DNA from: a virus
Lineage: Duplodnaviria; Caudoviricetes
DNA: 64,000 nt
IMG/VR virus record: IMGVR_UViG_3300032116_000009
Direction: 5' to 3' (one strand)
Shown here: piece after piece, positions 18,950-28,290 of the stretch
How positions within the stretch are numbered: position 1 is the first letter of the stretch
Layout of the letters: each line of letters begins with the position of its first letter
The notes under the pieces: generated by a model
What the model was told of the DNA's origin: nothing
The model's database searches: none
What the model saw: the letters and a program-made list of their open reading frames with translations, nothing else
Program-made: the position numbers and the translations under genes

Positions 18950-18980
18950 TAAAAAACCTCCCCAAAAAGAGGAGGTTTTG
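18950..18980 (-). terminator. Intrinsic terminator
   Basis: AAAACCTCC (18953-18961) / GGAGGTTTT (18971-18979), followed by T run on the minus strand. Confidence 0.75.
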
Positions 18981-19029
18981 AAGTCACACGGAAGGGATTT
19001 GTCACGGTGTTAGTATCACCAAGTATATA

Positions 19030-19641
19030 TTACCACTTTACTTCTTTCCAGGCAAGTTTATCGTTCAACTCTTTATTAAAGATCATTACATATCTGTGTT
19101 TTTGGCTTCGATTTTTCCATTCACCCTCTTGTCCTTTTACTTTTCCACGAGAGTGTTTAGTTCCGTCTGAATAATAGAAATCTTTTTTTCTATCCGTGAG
19201 ACCGTAATACTTAAAGTTGCAAGCGCGATAGATTGTACCAACATGGTGACTGTTATCAGCGTAAGAGATGATCGCTTTAACTTCAGTATCTTTCCGAAGT
19301 TGTCTAATCGCTCGTGACACAAACCAAGAAGTGATGTTATATTCGCATGACTGCGTACTAGGTTCGATGCAAAGTCTGGAGAGTTCAAAGATTCCTTGTT
19401 GTTCATTACGATCTAATCCAAATGCTCCTACTGCTATTTCTGGAACTGGGAGACCAGTAAAAACGCAAGCACCAAGGCACCCGCCAAGTCTAAGAGGGCA
19501 TTCCCAGTCTGGATGCTTGAAAAGTCCATAGTTATACCCAGATTTGAAATCTTTGGATTCATCTTTTAAGTAATGATGAGTATAAAGAAGATCTTTAATT
19601 TCATCTTTACTAACTCTATCTATATAAAAATCCGATTTCAT
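19030..19641 (-). CDS. Mom-like (GNAT-fold) DNA modification family protein
   Basis: ELSRLC, SWFVSRAIRQL, AIISYAD, H.GTIYRACNF.Y.G motifs. Confidence 0.7.
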   Translation of the reverse strand: MKSDFYIDRVSKDEIKDLLYTHHYLKDESKDFKSGYNYGLFKHPDWECPLRLGGCLGACVFTGLPVPEIAVGAFGLDRNEQQGIFELSRLCIEPSTQSCEYNITSWFVSRAIRQLRKDTEVKAIISYADNSHHVGTIYRACNFKYYGLTDRKKDFYYSDGTKHSRGKVKGQEGEWKNRSQKHRYVMIFNKELNDKLAWKEVKW

Positions 19642-19665
19642 CTAAGTATTTTTACTTATTTTGTT

Positions 19666-19836
19666 TTAGTTTCCTGATAAATTATTCTTTTGGTAGTCTA
19701 ATTTAATCCAATTTAAAAGAGAGTTTGTTTCTGTAATTTTAGAATCATCAAACTGAGATTCTAACCTCAGTTTCATTAGGTAGTTTTCCAATGCGGCGAT
19801 AGTGATTTCCCTATCTTTTTGTGATAGTAAAGACAT
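19666..19836 (-). CDS. Hypothetical protein (56 aa)
   Basis: Read manually: MSLLSQKDREITIAALE...LNWIKL. Confidence 0.6.
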   Translation of the reverse strand: MSLLSQKDREITIAALENYLMKLRLESQFDDSKITETNSLLNWIKLDYQKNNLSGN

Positions 19837-19856
19837 TTAAGTTTTTATTAACTCAA

Positions 19857-19930
19857 AGCCCCCGACAAGACTTGAACTTGCGACCTGAGCTTTACAAAAG
19901 CCCTGCTCTATCCAACTGAGCTACGAAGGC
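19857..19930 (-). tRNA. trnT: tRNA-Thr(UGU), no encoded CCA
   Basis: Folded by hand: acceptor GCCTTCG/CGGGGGC, D arm GCTC/GAGC, anticodon loop TT-TGT-AA, T loop TTCAAGT. Confidence 0.95.
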
Positions 19931-19951
19931 GTAAAAATCGGATTTCTCCGA

Positions 19952-20431
19952 TTATTTCCTATCAAATAGGAAATGTCCGTGATATGAACCCCAAACTTGA
20001 GAATCTGTTTCGGGATCATATCCTTTATCAATTACTGTATAGTAATCTTTTCCGAGATAAGCTTCAGTAACTAGATATGTGTTTTTACCATTTTTTTCAA
20101 TGAAACACTCTTTACAAGTGTTTTGTCCATGAAACTCATCCTTTTCTTCATTATATTCAAATTCTACATCACATCCACTCAAATAAGGTTGATCTTCTGT
20201 ATCTCTATATGATTTTAAGATGATTTTTCCGTCTTTTTGAGTTACTTCAATAATTGATTGTCTATATGGATGTTGATCAATGATATACTTTTGAGTTACT
20301 CTAAATTTATTTGCAGAAATTTTAGTATGATTTACTTCAATAAGTGCAAACTCTCTGGGCATGTGGAAAGCTTGTTTTTGATTGTTAAAGTAACCTTCAA
20401 AATATGAAATGAACTTAGCTTTAATAGTCAT
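19952..20431 (-). CDS. cpeT: CpeT/CpcT-family phycobilin lyase
   Basis: FEGYFNNQKQA, PYRQ, GCD, C-terminal D.G.D....QVWGS..G.F.F. Confidence 0.85.
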   Translation of the reverse strand: MTIKAKFISYFEGYFNNQKQAFHMPREFALIEVNHTKISANKFRVTQKYIIDQHPYRQSIIEVTQKDGKIILKSYRDTEDQPYLSGCDVEFEYNEEKDEFHGQNTCKECFIEKNGKNTYLVTEAYLGKDYYTVIDKGYDPETDSQVWGSYHGHFLFDRK

Positions 20432-20462
20432 GATCAGAAATATTTTGATTTATTTATTAAAG

Positions 20463-20546
20463 TAGGAACGGAGAGACTTGAACTCTCACGGGATTGCTCC
20501 CAACGGATTTTAAGTCCGGTGCGTCTACCACTTCCGCCACGCTCCC
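20463..20546 (-). tRNA. trnL: tRNA-Leu(UAA), no encoded CCA
   Basis: Acceptor GGGAGCG/CGTTCCT, anticodon loop CT-TAA-AA, long variable arm, T loop TTCAAGT; no intron. Confidence 0.95.
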
Positions 20547-20556
20547 AAGAAAAGTT

Positions 20557-20769
20557 CTACTCTTGTTTGTAGATAGGAGGATTATACTTCAGAAACTCGT
20601 GAAATGTCAACTTCATTTCTTTGGTGGTCATTCCACAGTGTTTAGCAGCGGCAGGAATAGTCATTCGTGCATGAAATAAAGCTTCATTGGCTTCTTGTAC
20701 ATTTTTTGGAGTTGTTTTTACTGGAACTTCCTTCAAGGATTCATAATTGATTTTGTACATATGCATCAT
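20557..20769 (-). CDS. Hypothetical protein, possible small HTH
   Basis: MTIPAAAKHCGMT.KEMK pattern. Confidence 0.65.
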   Translation of the reverse strand: MMHMYKINYESLKEVPVKTTPKNVQEANEALFHARMTIPAAAKHCGMTTKEMKLTFHEFLKYNPPIYKQE

Positions 20770-20793
20770 AGTTCAGATTTGGTCAGTTGTCAA
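20765..20793 (-). promoter_or_regulatory. Sigma70-type promoter
   Basis: TTGACA (20793-20788), 17 nt, TATGAT (20770-20765). Confidence 0.7.
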
Positions 20794-21519
20794 GAGCCTC
20801 ATTTCACTTTCCCCATAGAGAGTTCCATGTGCATTACAAGACTTGCAGTAATCATTCAACTTTCTATCTTTGGAACAGTTTAGTCTGAATGGTCCGAATT
20901 TTTCCAACCATGCATACTCTAATGTGTCCTCCTGGATATTGGCAAGGTATAAAATTTCTTGCCAGTTATTGTCACAAGGTAAAATTCCACCATTGGTATC
21001 TACTACCATTTTATATGATGGAAGATAACATGATTTAGTTATCCCTTCACCATAACTTCTATTATTGAAGTATTCATTTTCTCCTTGATTTGTGTAATCC
21101 AAAATATCACAATCAATATTCGGCAAATCCATAGTTTCATATAGACTTACCCTTGCACGAATTTTACCCAAATGATTTACAACATCTTTTAGTTTATATC
21201 CATTAGTTACAAGAATAATTTTGTTGTTTAGTTTTTGGAATTTATCAAGGATATCATTAATCTGTGGGTGCATAGTGGGCTCACCAAGACCACATAACGT
21301 AATTTGATTATCATAGTCTGATAACCATTCAATAAATCTATCTACGATATCCAATGAAACAAATTTCTCCCTTGTATCTTCTTTTTTGAATCCCCATGAA
21401 TGTGGACAAAAAGAACAAGATCGATTACATGTAGTGGTTATATTTAGTTCTATGCTTTTAAGTGTAGAATTAATTAAATCTTTTCCACTTGTTCCATCAA
21501 AGGTTTGAAATCTCTTCAT
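20773..21519 (-). CDS. Radical SAM protein with SPASM/twitch-like C-terminus
   Basis: CNRSCSFC, GLGEPTMHP, TNG, C-terminal C..PS....G.ILPC...C..C. Confidence 0.88.
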   Translation of the reverse strand: MKRFQTFDGTSGKDLINSTLKSIELNITTTCNRSCSFCPHSWGFKKEDTREKFVSLDIVDRFIEWLSDYDNQITLCGLGEPTMHPQINDILDKFQKLNNKIILVTNGYKLKDVVNHLGKIRARVSLYETMDLPNIDCDILDYTNQGENEYFNNRSYGEGITKSCYLPSYKMVVDTNGGILPCDNNWQEILYLANIQEDTLEYAWLEKFGPFRLNCSKDRKLNDYCKSCNAHGTLYGESEMRLLTTDQI

Positions 21520-22399
21520 AATATCTAAAAGAACTGTAATCTAAAAGGGACATTCTATGTAGACCATTGATAGTTTTATATTTTACAAAATCTAAAAACT
21601 TTTCTTTGTTCTTCAACAAAACAAAATTAGAGTGCGATGGAACACAATCATATTTACGTTGGATATACGTTCTACAGTCTAACATCCTTTTTACATGTTG
21701 AGGAATTAGTTCAAAAAGTTCTATTCCAATACTAGGAATGATAGTATTACATACACCAGAAGGTCTTACTTTTTGGATCTCATAAATCGTTTTTTCATTA
21801 GAAAAACAATATCCAAATCTAAGTCCAGGTAAAGCAAGACTTTTACTCAAGGTTTTACATACGATCACATTATCAAGAGTTATTGCGGAAGAAATTAGAG
21901 AACAATCAATTTCCACACAAAACTCTGCGTAGGCTTCATCAATGATTACTAATTCAAATTGAGAAAATAGCTCTCGTATCTTGTCTGGATGTGTATATTC
22001 CCCTGTCATTCCATTAGGATTCGCAATATACAATACGTCAGCAGAGGTATCAATTCCCTCCACATAATTGATATTGTAAATCTCACAGAATCCTGTAGCC
22101 ATCATCCATGTGGGAGTAATAATAGAGAACTTTCTGTCTCTATAGAGTTGAAAGATTCTTGGTATCAACTCTCCCAATCCAAGTCCTATTGCAATTTGTC
22201 TGGAAGAAATTTCATAATATTCTGAAAGAATGTCATAAACCACCCCTTCATCTGCATATTGATTGCAGACTGGACCCTTATTGCGAAAAAGACCTGCAAT
22301 TTGATTTTGCAAAATTGAGTCAAAACAAACATTATTCGACAAATCTAATTTGTTATTTGACTCTTTTTTCAGTGTCCAGTCTACTCTCTCAAACATCAT
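21497..22399 (-). CDS. PLP-dependent aminotransferase class I/II (HisC/CobD-like)
   Basis: ANPNGMTG, IDEAYAEF, KTLSKSLALPGLRFGY, PSHSNFVL. Confidence 0.88.
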   Translation of the reverse strand: MMFERVDWTLKKESNNKLDLSNNVCFDSILQNQIAGLFRNKGPVCNQYADEGVVYDILSEYYEISSRQIAIGLGLGELIPRIFQLYRDRKFSIITPTWMMATGFCEIYNINYVEGIDTSADVLYIANPNGMTGEYTHPDKIRELFSQFELVIIDEAYAEFCVEIDCSLISSAITLDNVIVCKTLSKSLALPGLRFGYCFSNEKTIYEIQKVRPSGVCNTIIPSIGIELFELIPQHVKRMLDCRTYIQRKYDCVPSHSNFVLLKNKEKFLDFVKYKTINGLHRMSLLDYSSFRYYEEISNL

Positions 22400-22547
22400 T
22401 TAAAATCGGAATTACTTCTACATTTATACAACAGTTTTCTTTTACATGATTTTCCCACCTGATAGCATCTTCAATATTAAAGAAAATCACACTCTGATTA
22501 CTGTAACCTTTTTTCTTTGGTTTTTTATAATCGACCTTATACTTCAT
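22389..22547 (-). CDS. Hypothetical protein (52 aa)
   Basis: Read manually: MKYKVDYKKPKKKGYS...IRWE. Confidence 0.55.
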   Translation of the reverse strand: MKYKVDYKKPKKKGYSNQSVIFFNIEDAIRWENHVKENCCINVEVIPILNDV

Positions 22548-22713
22548 CTGCAATCAATTCGCCACGAAGTTCTGCAAGTTTTGCAGTTGCAAGACACTCT
22601 ACAGCAGTCCAGTAAACTTCACCACTAATTGGAAAGTTTTCATCTGTAAAGGCTGCGGCAACATCTTCTTGTAGTTCTTGAAGGGACTTCAAGACATCAC
22701 GATCAATTTGCAT
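22537..22713 (-). CDS. Hypothetical protein (58 aa)
   Basis: Read manually: MQIDRDVLKSLQELQED...SGEVYW; follows the promoter at 22740-22784. Confidence 0.65.
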   Translation of the reverse strand: MQIDRDVLKSLQELQEDVAAAFTDENFPISGEVYWTAVECLATAKLAELRGELIADEV

Positions 22714-22739
22714 TTAGAGTAATTTTGTTGTACTCCAAT

Positions 22740-22784
22740 ATCATACCACAGAAATTTGCGGTTGGGTGGAGGTGTGTGCCAGTT
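22740..22784 (-). promoter_or_regulatory. Promoter with half-site of the repeated box
   Basis: AACTGGCA (22784-22777), 31 nt, TATGAT (22745-22740). Confidence 0.65.
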
Positions 22785-24424
22785 TAAATTGCGGACGCAA
22801 TACCAACTGCAGTGGACCTTCTCGTTGGTTTGTAATTGTCAGGATCATATTTACTAAAATCTTCAACCCTAAGATTGTTTAGATCAGAAGTGGCTTGTTG
22901 TATTTCCGAAACCACAAAGTCATATGCCTGAGAAAGAGAAAATGCAGCACTTTCTTTTTTATCTCTAAGTCTTCTTAAGATGGAGGATTTAGAAATAAGT
23001 TCCGTAATTTTCGGAACATTTCTATTAATAATGGTTGTCAGAGAACTTTCATAGGATGTAATACTACTTGAATATGAAGCACATACTCCAGCAGATGGAA
23101 CAGTACCATTAAAACGAGCAGGTTTACTTGTTATAGTTCCTATACCATTAGAACTTAATGTTCCCACTCCAATAGTTACTCTAGCTCCTATTGACGCATA
23201 TGTAGTTGCTACTGAAATTAATGCACCAGTGCTAGGATTATATGTAAATGTTGAGATACTTGGCCATGATTCGTTTCCTGGATAGTAAAGAGCGAAACTT
23301 GCTCCACAATCTGGTTCACGATCTTCTCTGACTTCATGCCATTGGAATGGTCCAATCGGACTTCCATTGTTTACTAAAACTACCTTATGTCCAAGTCCAG
23401 CTTTGTTCAAATCCATTAAATCAATTGATACTGGATCTATGGGATTTGTCTCTTCATTGAAAACAGAACTGCCTATTTCAGTATTTCTTATTGCTGTAAA
23501 AAGTTGTCCAGTTACAGATGCTGTTGGACTTGTACTTAATAATATTGAAGAAAATTCCGATACAACGCCAACTTTAAATATTCCACTAGTTGTATTTCCA
23601 ACAGCAGAGTCACTTAAAACTAAACTAGGAACAACTACAGAAGTTGTTATAAATCCAGATCCACCAACCCAAATTTCTGAAGTAATTGATCCAGTACTAA
23701 ATCCAACAACGGTTGTGTTTTCTGGTAAAATATACTCAAGTCCTATTGCATCTCCAGTATTAATACCAATCGTGCTTCCTGTTCCAGTAAAAGCCAGAAT
23801 AGTAGATCCAACAGATATTGAACCACTGATAGTTGTATTGATTCCGATTTCTGAAGTAGTATCAAATCCAACAACTGTTGGTAGATTTCCACTTGAAAAT
23901 ATTACTGGATCATCAATGTTATCTACGATTGTGTCTCCGACTAATATACCCGATGTTCCGCCTATGCTTATTACTGCTAAACTTGTTGAACCCAAACTAA
24001 TTGTTCCAGTGAATTCTCCTATTACATTAGATCCATAGTCTTTATTTTGTGGTTTTCTGTAGAACTTTACTCCATAATAATTGGTAGTTTCGGATACGTC
24101 TGAATTCTTTTTAACTTCATATGTTACAGAATTATATTCAGTTATTCCAAATCTAACTTTAGTTTGTTTGACGACTTCCCAACTTAGATCATTTTTGCAT
24201 CCTATAGAGACCCTATTATCATATGCGTTTTTTACAGAATTGATACCAACATTAATTTCATTAATTAATGGCACTAAATCTCTATCAATATTTTCTATTA
24301 TAACATCATATCTATCCAGCTGGGTATCTAGTAAAGTTACTTCACTTCGGATAGCATCCTTTTGATTCTCTAGAATTTCAATTTCCTCTTCTAGTTCTGC
24401 TCTAAAATGGGTTGATAAACTCAT
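22784..24424 (-). CDS. Virion structural protein, baseplate region
   Basis: 546 aa; coiled-coil termini around a Ser/Thr/Gly/Ile-rich beta-repeat core. Confidence 0.7.
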   Translation of the reverse strand: MSLSTHFRAELEEEIEILENQKDAIRSEVTLLDTQLDRYDVIIENIDRDLVPLINEINVGINSVKNAYDNRVSIGCKNDLSWEVVKQTKVRFGITEYNSVTYEVKKNSDVSETTNYYGVKFYRKPQNKDYGSNVIGEFTGTISLGSTSLAVISIGGTSGILVGDTIVDNIDDPVIFSSGNLPTVVGFDTTSEIGINTTISGSISVGSTILAFTGTGSTIGINTGDAIGLEYILPENTTVVGFSTGSITSEIWVGGSGFITTSVVVPSLVLSDSAVGNTTSGIFKVGVVSEFSSILLSTSPTASVTGQLFTAIRNTEIGSSVFNEETNPIDPVSIDLMDLNKAGLGHKVVLVNNGSPIGPFQWHEVREDREPDCGASFALYYPGNESWPSISTFTYNPSTGALISVATTYASIGARVTIGVGTLSSNGIGTITSKPARFNGTVPSAGVCASYSSSITSYESSLTTIINRNVPKITELISKSSILRRLRDKKESAAFSLSQAYDFVVSEIQQATSDLNNLRVEDFSKYDPDNYKPTRRSTAVGIASAI

Positions 24425-24426
24425 AA

Positions 24427-25275
24427 TTAATTATTTTTTTCTGGACAAAAATCTGATTTTTTTTCTTCGTATTCAACTACTAATTTTTCTACATCAATTC
24501 TTTCTGCATAAACAATATAACTGCAGTCAATGTTTCCACCAGAATTATTTATTATATTGATTCTAGAACCCCATTGAATATCTTTTACATAGAGTTCTTG
24601 ATGAAAAGTATGTGGTGTTAAATGTACAGTGATAGTTTCTGGATCTATTAAATTCTTCCAATAATCTGGTAATTCTATAACATTAGAATCTTTTAATTTT
24701 CCTCTATAATATACCCCTATCTCTGGACCTTCGATACAGGTGTGAGTAAGTCTATATCCAGGTTTTGATGGATGGGGTATATCAAATTTTTTAAATGGTG
24801 CTGCAACTGCTTTGAATACACCTAGATCTGCTTTACAAGTTACAAATTTTCCTAATCCGGCCTTAATGCTTGGAGTTACGATTCCTGCACTACAAATTTT
24901 CTTTCCGTGCGTTAGTTGTTTTGCTGCTTTTGTACTTAATCCTAAACTAGCACCTAAAGCTTTTTTTATACTTACTCCTAACTTTATTGTAGCACCTTTT
25001 GCAGTAGTAAATGCAAATCTATTCACGACGCCAGTGACGTTTGTAATTCCAATAATGTCGGAAACACCAACAACTTCTAATGTTTTTGGTGAAGTTATAC
25101 CAGGGCCCATCATGCAGTTTGCTCTTGGAATAACTGCACTAGCAACTAAACCAATATAAACTGGACCATTCAATACGGATGTTCCTGGTAACAACCTTGA
25201 TCCCACATCAAGGAATGAAACATCTAACTCACCTACTACTAGTTTATCACCTATGTGTTTGATAGAGTTTGTCAT
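24427..25275 (-). CDS. Spike/fibre-like protein with C-terminal chaperone-like domain
   Basis: Beta-repeat middle; C-terminal FDIPHP...LTH.CIEGPE..VY.RG....IELPDYW..L motif of tail-fibre intramolecular-chaperone-like domains. Confidence 0.6.
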   Translation of the reverse strand: MTNSIKHIGDKLVVGELDVSFLDVGSRLLPGTSVLNGPVYIGLVASAVIPRANCMMGPGITSPKTLEVVGVSDIIGITNVTGVVNRFAFTTAKGATIKLGVSIKKALGASLGLSTKAAKQLTHGKKICSAGIVTPSIKAGLGKFVTCKADLGVFKAVAAPFKKFDIPHPSKPGYRLTHTCIEGPEIGVYYRGKLKDSNVIELPDYWKNLIDPETITVHLTPHTFHQELYVKDIQWGSRINIINNSGGNIDCSYIVYAERIDVEKLVVEYEEKKSDFCPEKNN

Positions 25276-25281
25276 TTTTTC

Positions 25282-25845
25282 TTATGGAGCGCACTCTAAC
25301 CATTTTTTGAATTTTTCAATCACTTTCATTAATGATCCAAGAAAACTTCCTTGAGTTGCATCTGTAGCTACACTACTAGATTTAACTACTCCAGCTGTAT
25401 CTTCAACAACATTACCAGCCACTGTATGGTTATTTGTTGATACTGAATTTGAATTTGTGGATTTAAAACTTTGAATGGGACTATTTAAAGCAATTTGACT
25501 AGTAGAAGTTACAGTAACTTCACCTTTTCCATCTATTGCTTCTATTCTTATATTTTTTCCACGCAAGACAATTTCCCCAGACATTGCCTCAATAATTATA
25601 TCTCCATTCTTTGCACGAATTATTTTAGCAGGTTCTTTAGGTTGACAATCTTCACCGCACAATTCATATGATGTTTTATTTGTCAGATCAAATTTAGTAC
25701 CATCAGTAGAATATTGAAATCCTTGTGCTTTATCAGTTATTACAGAATAATCTATCGTTCTACCTGCACCATCAGGAACTCCAGATTTTATTTCAAATCC
25801 GGGTCTTTTTTCATAATACTCTTTTGGTTGATCCGTCATACGCAC
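25282..25845 (-). CDS. gp5 C-terminal (beta-helix spike)-like protein
   Basis: Short beta repeats (NGDIIIEA.SGEIVLRGKNIRIEA); overlaps gp5 stop. Confidence 0.55.
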   Translation of the reverse strand: MRMTDQPKEYYEKRPGFEIKSGVPDGAGRTIDYSVITDKAQGFQYSTDGTKFDLTNKTSYELCGEDCQPKEPAKIIRAKNGDIIIEAMSGEIVLRGKNIRIEAIDGKGEVTVTSTSQIALNSPIQSFKSTNSNSVSTNNHTVAGNVVEDTAGVVKSSSVATDATQGSFLGSLMKVIEKFKKWLECAP

Positions 25846-28079
25846 TCTACTACTTCTGTGATTGAACCTATACCAGTTGTAGGTTGATTATTGACAATAT
25901 ATTGTGGAATATATTGTAATACTGGATATACTTCAGCACCAACCCCAGTAGTTGTATTTATGGTCACTGGTGGAACAATTTTGAATTGTTGAGAACAATA
26001 TGAAACTGAGTTTATACCTATTATTGAACCATTAGTAGTTAAAATAGGACTATAAACGCAACTACCGACTAAGATAGTATCACCAGAAGTATATCCAAAT
26101 CCTGGAGATTCTACTACTAAAGAGGTTATAATTCCAACAGGTACGGTAGAAATTCCAGCAGAACTGGTTGTACCAACACCAACAGAACTAGTTGCACCTA
26201 TTCCAGTTCCAGAACCTACACTAGTGGTGTCTACTCCTACATTTACAATTGCCGATTGAAGATCTGTTAAACAATATCCAGATCCAGATTTTACAATGTA
26301 AATTGATTCTATTTGTCCATTTTTGATGGTTGATTTTGCTTCAGCACCAGATCCATAATTACTGTTATCAAGAATCGAAATAGAAGGTGGTCTACTATAT
26401 CCTTTACCAGCTTCTAGAACTTTTACTGTTAAAATAGAACCAGATGTAGGTTCTATAACAGGTATTGCTTTTGCACCTGTTCCATCACCATTTATAATTA
26501 CTTCTGGTGGAATACACTTATAGAATAATGTACCTGGTGGTATGGGTGGAAGATCTTTTTGATTCTTTGGATTTAATGCTTTGTTTCTACAATCTTTGAA
26601 TGGAGTGTCTGCAGATCCAAACGATGACAGTAAACCTATCCAATCATTGACTTCACCACCATAACCACCTAGTAAATCTATATTACCAACTACTTTTGCC
26701 CACTCATCAGTCTCTGGGAACTTTACTCCTTTAAATGGATCCCATGTTCCAGGAGTTTGGCATAGAAGTCCATCACAGTTTAAGAAACTAAGTAGTTGAG
26801 AAATTTCTTGAGCTGCAGTTTTTAAATATCCTGTGATTTCACCTACTCCACCAACTAACCAATCCAAACCAGAAAGAACTGTAGCTAAACTGTCATCGAC
26901 CATTTCCATAAGTTTGGAAATAAGAGAAGCAGTAAGTTCTTCTGCAGCACATCTTGGAATATTTGGAGTTTTTCCGATTAGTCCTGACAGTAATCCAGCA
27001 ATAAAATTTTCTATTGGTCCAAATAATTTTTCAAAGATACAAAAAATTATATCTAAAATTCTTTTAGCTGCTTCGGATAGTCTTAACCACTGAGGAAGTG
27101 GTATTGTTATCGAAAAAGCTCTAAATAAACACCCTGTTAACTTTATTATATTGTCACGCATCCCATTTATGATGAATTTCATAAGAGATGCTATCAATCT
27201 TGCGACTGATTTTATTTGTGAACCTATATCTACAATTTTATTTCTTATTGGGTCTATGAATCCAAAAATAGTCTTTTCTAAACCATTCACAAATCCAATG
27301 AATCCCTGTAAAGCACTAGTAATATTAGCTAATACATTTGTCAAACATCCGTTAGATCCAGACACTTCTCCTGCATCATTAAAAGCCTTTAAAAATGCAA
27401 GATTTCCTACATCCTTGTAAAAAAGTTCGTCAGAAGATGCACCAGGTATTTTTCTAAAACTTCCTGATGAATTTCCTGTATCTGGCGTAAGTGGATTAAA
27501 ATTAGGGGATAAATCTAATCCAGAATCTCCTATTCCAAATTCTGGATTTTGTGAAAATTTTATTGCTGATCCACTTTCAACTGTATTTTTTTCGGCTTCT
27601 TTTATGACTCCAGTTGCAGGAGCTTTTATTCTTGTTGCACTGGCCTTTAAATTACCTTGCATCCCAGTGAAAGGTTTAAAAGGTCCAGGTTCTTTTGCGT
27701 TTTCTACTGCTTTTGATCTATAAAAACAAGATACAACAACTGGTTGTTGACCTTCTTCGCCATCTAAGAAGAATCCTAAAACAGATTCTCCTCCCACTAT
27801 CATATGAGTTTTACCAAAACTACCTTGTCCTGGAGATCCTTCTGAAGCACTGGTTAAAATATGAGCCCAAGGTAGATCTTCATCGGGTAAAATATTTGCA
27901 TCAAAACTGTGATACCCTATTATTCGTACTTTACATCTATATGCCCAACTTGTATCTTTACTTTCATCTACTCTGGACTTTTCGGTACGCCAAACTTTCG
28001 GATCGGCAACTTGGCCGATCCACCAAACGAAACCATCTTTTCCGATAAAGTTAGATTTAAGTAAAGATTCTTCAATCAT
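25836..28079 (-). CDS. gp5: Baseplate hub/spike protein gp5 (OB-fold N-terminus, no recognisable lysozyme domain)
   Basis: FVWWIGQV...RCKVRIIGYH...LPWA...GESVLGFFLDG..QQPVV. Confidence 0.85.
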   Translation of the reverse strand: MIEESLLKSNFIGKDGFVWWIGQVADPKVWRTEKSRVDESKDTSWAYRCKVRIIGYHSFDANILPDEDLPWAHILTSASEGSPGQGSFGKTHMIVGGESVLGFFLDGEEGQQPVVVSCFYRSKAVENAKEPGPFKPFTGMQGNLKASATRIKAPATGVIKEAEKNTVESGSAIKFSQNPEFGIGDSGLDLSPNFNPLTPDTGNSSGSFRKIPGASSDELFYKDVGNLAFLKAFNDAGEVSGSNGCLTNVLANITSALQGFIGFVNGLEKTIFGFIDPIRNKIVDIGSQIKSVARLIASLMKFIINGMRDNIIKLTGCLFRAFSITIPLPQWLRLSEAAKRILDIIFCIFEKLFGPIENFIAGLLSGLIGKTPNIPRCAAEELTASLISKLMEMVDDSLATVLSGLDWLVGGVGEITGYLKTAAQEISQLLSFLNCDGLLCQTPGTWDPFKGVKFPETDEWAKVVGNIDLLGGYGGEVNDWIGLLSSFGSADTPFKDCRNKALNPKNQKDLPPIPPGTLFYKCIPPEVIINGDGTGAKAIPVIEPTSGSILTVKVLEAGKGYSRPPSISILDNSNYGSGAEAKSTIKNGQIESIYIVKSGSGYCLTDLQSAIVNVGVDTTSVGSGTGIGATSSVGVGTTSSAGISTVPVGIITSLVVESPGFGYTSGDTILVGSCVYSPILTTNGSIIGINSVSYCSQQFKIVPPVTINTTTGVGAEVYPVLQYIPQYIVNNQPTTGIGSITEVVECV

Positions 28080-28284
28080 CGTAAATTCTACATTCTAGAG
28101 CATTTGGATTAGAATCACAGAACAACTCTAATGGAGTTGGGTCATGACTATCTTCTGGATGATTCATTTTATAAGCTTCAAGAGCTTCTAATTCTTCTTC
28201 TGTATGTCTGCGTGATTGTGCAGAAATTAGTGGGTCGTCAAGGAGAGCTTTATCCTTGGCAATATGTGCATCTATGTTTTCCAT
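28072..28284 (-). CDS. cp12: Phage-type CP12 Calvin-cycle inhibitor
   Basis: RRH..EEL..L; C-terminal PLELFCDSNPNALECRIYDD. Confidence 0.92.
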   Translation of the reverse strand: MENIDAHIAKDKALLDDPLISAQSRRHTEEELEALEAYKMNHPEDSHDPTPLELFCDSNPNALECRIYDD

Positions 28285-28290
28285 GGTAAT

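Noticed and set aside
18981-19025. Possible third tRNA or ncRNA after the Mom-like gene (GTGAC direct repeat, GGTG/CACC mini-hairpin)
   Set aside because: No cloverleaf or T-loop; the structure is too weak to support without covariation data
23367-24038. 223-aa plus-strand ORF, and similar ones at 15548, 24812, 38777(-) and 40396
   Set aside because: In-register antisense frames of long genes that lack stops because of codon bias; no independent signals
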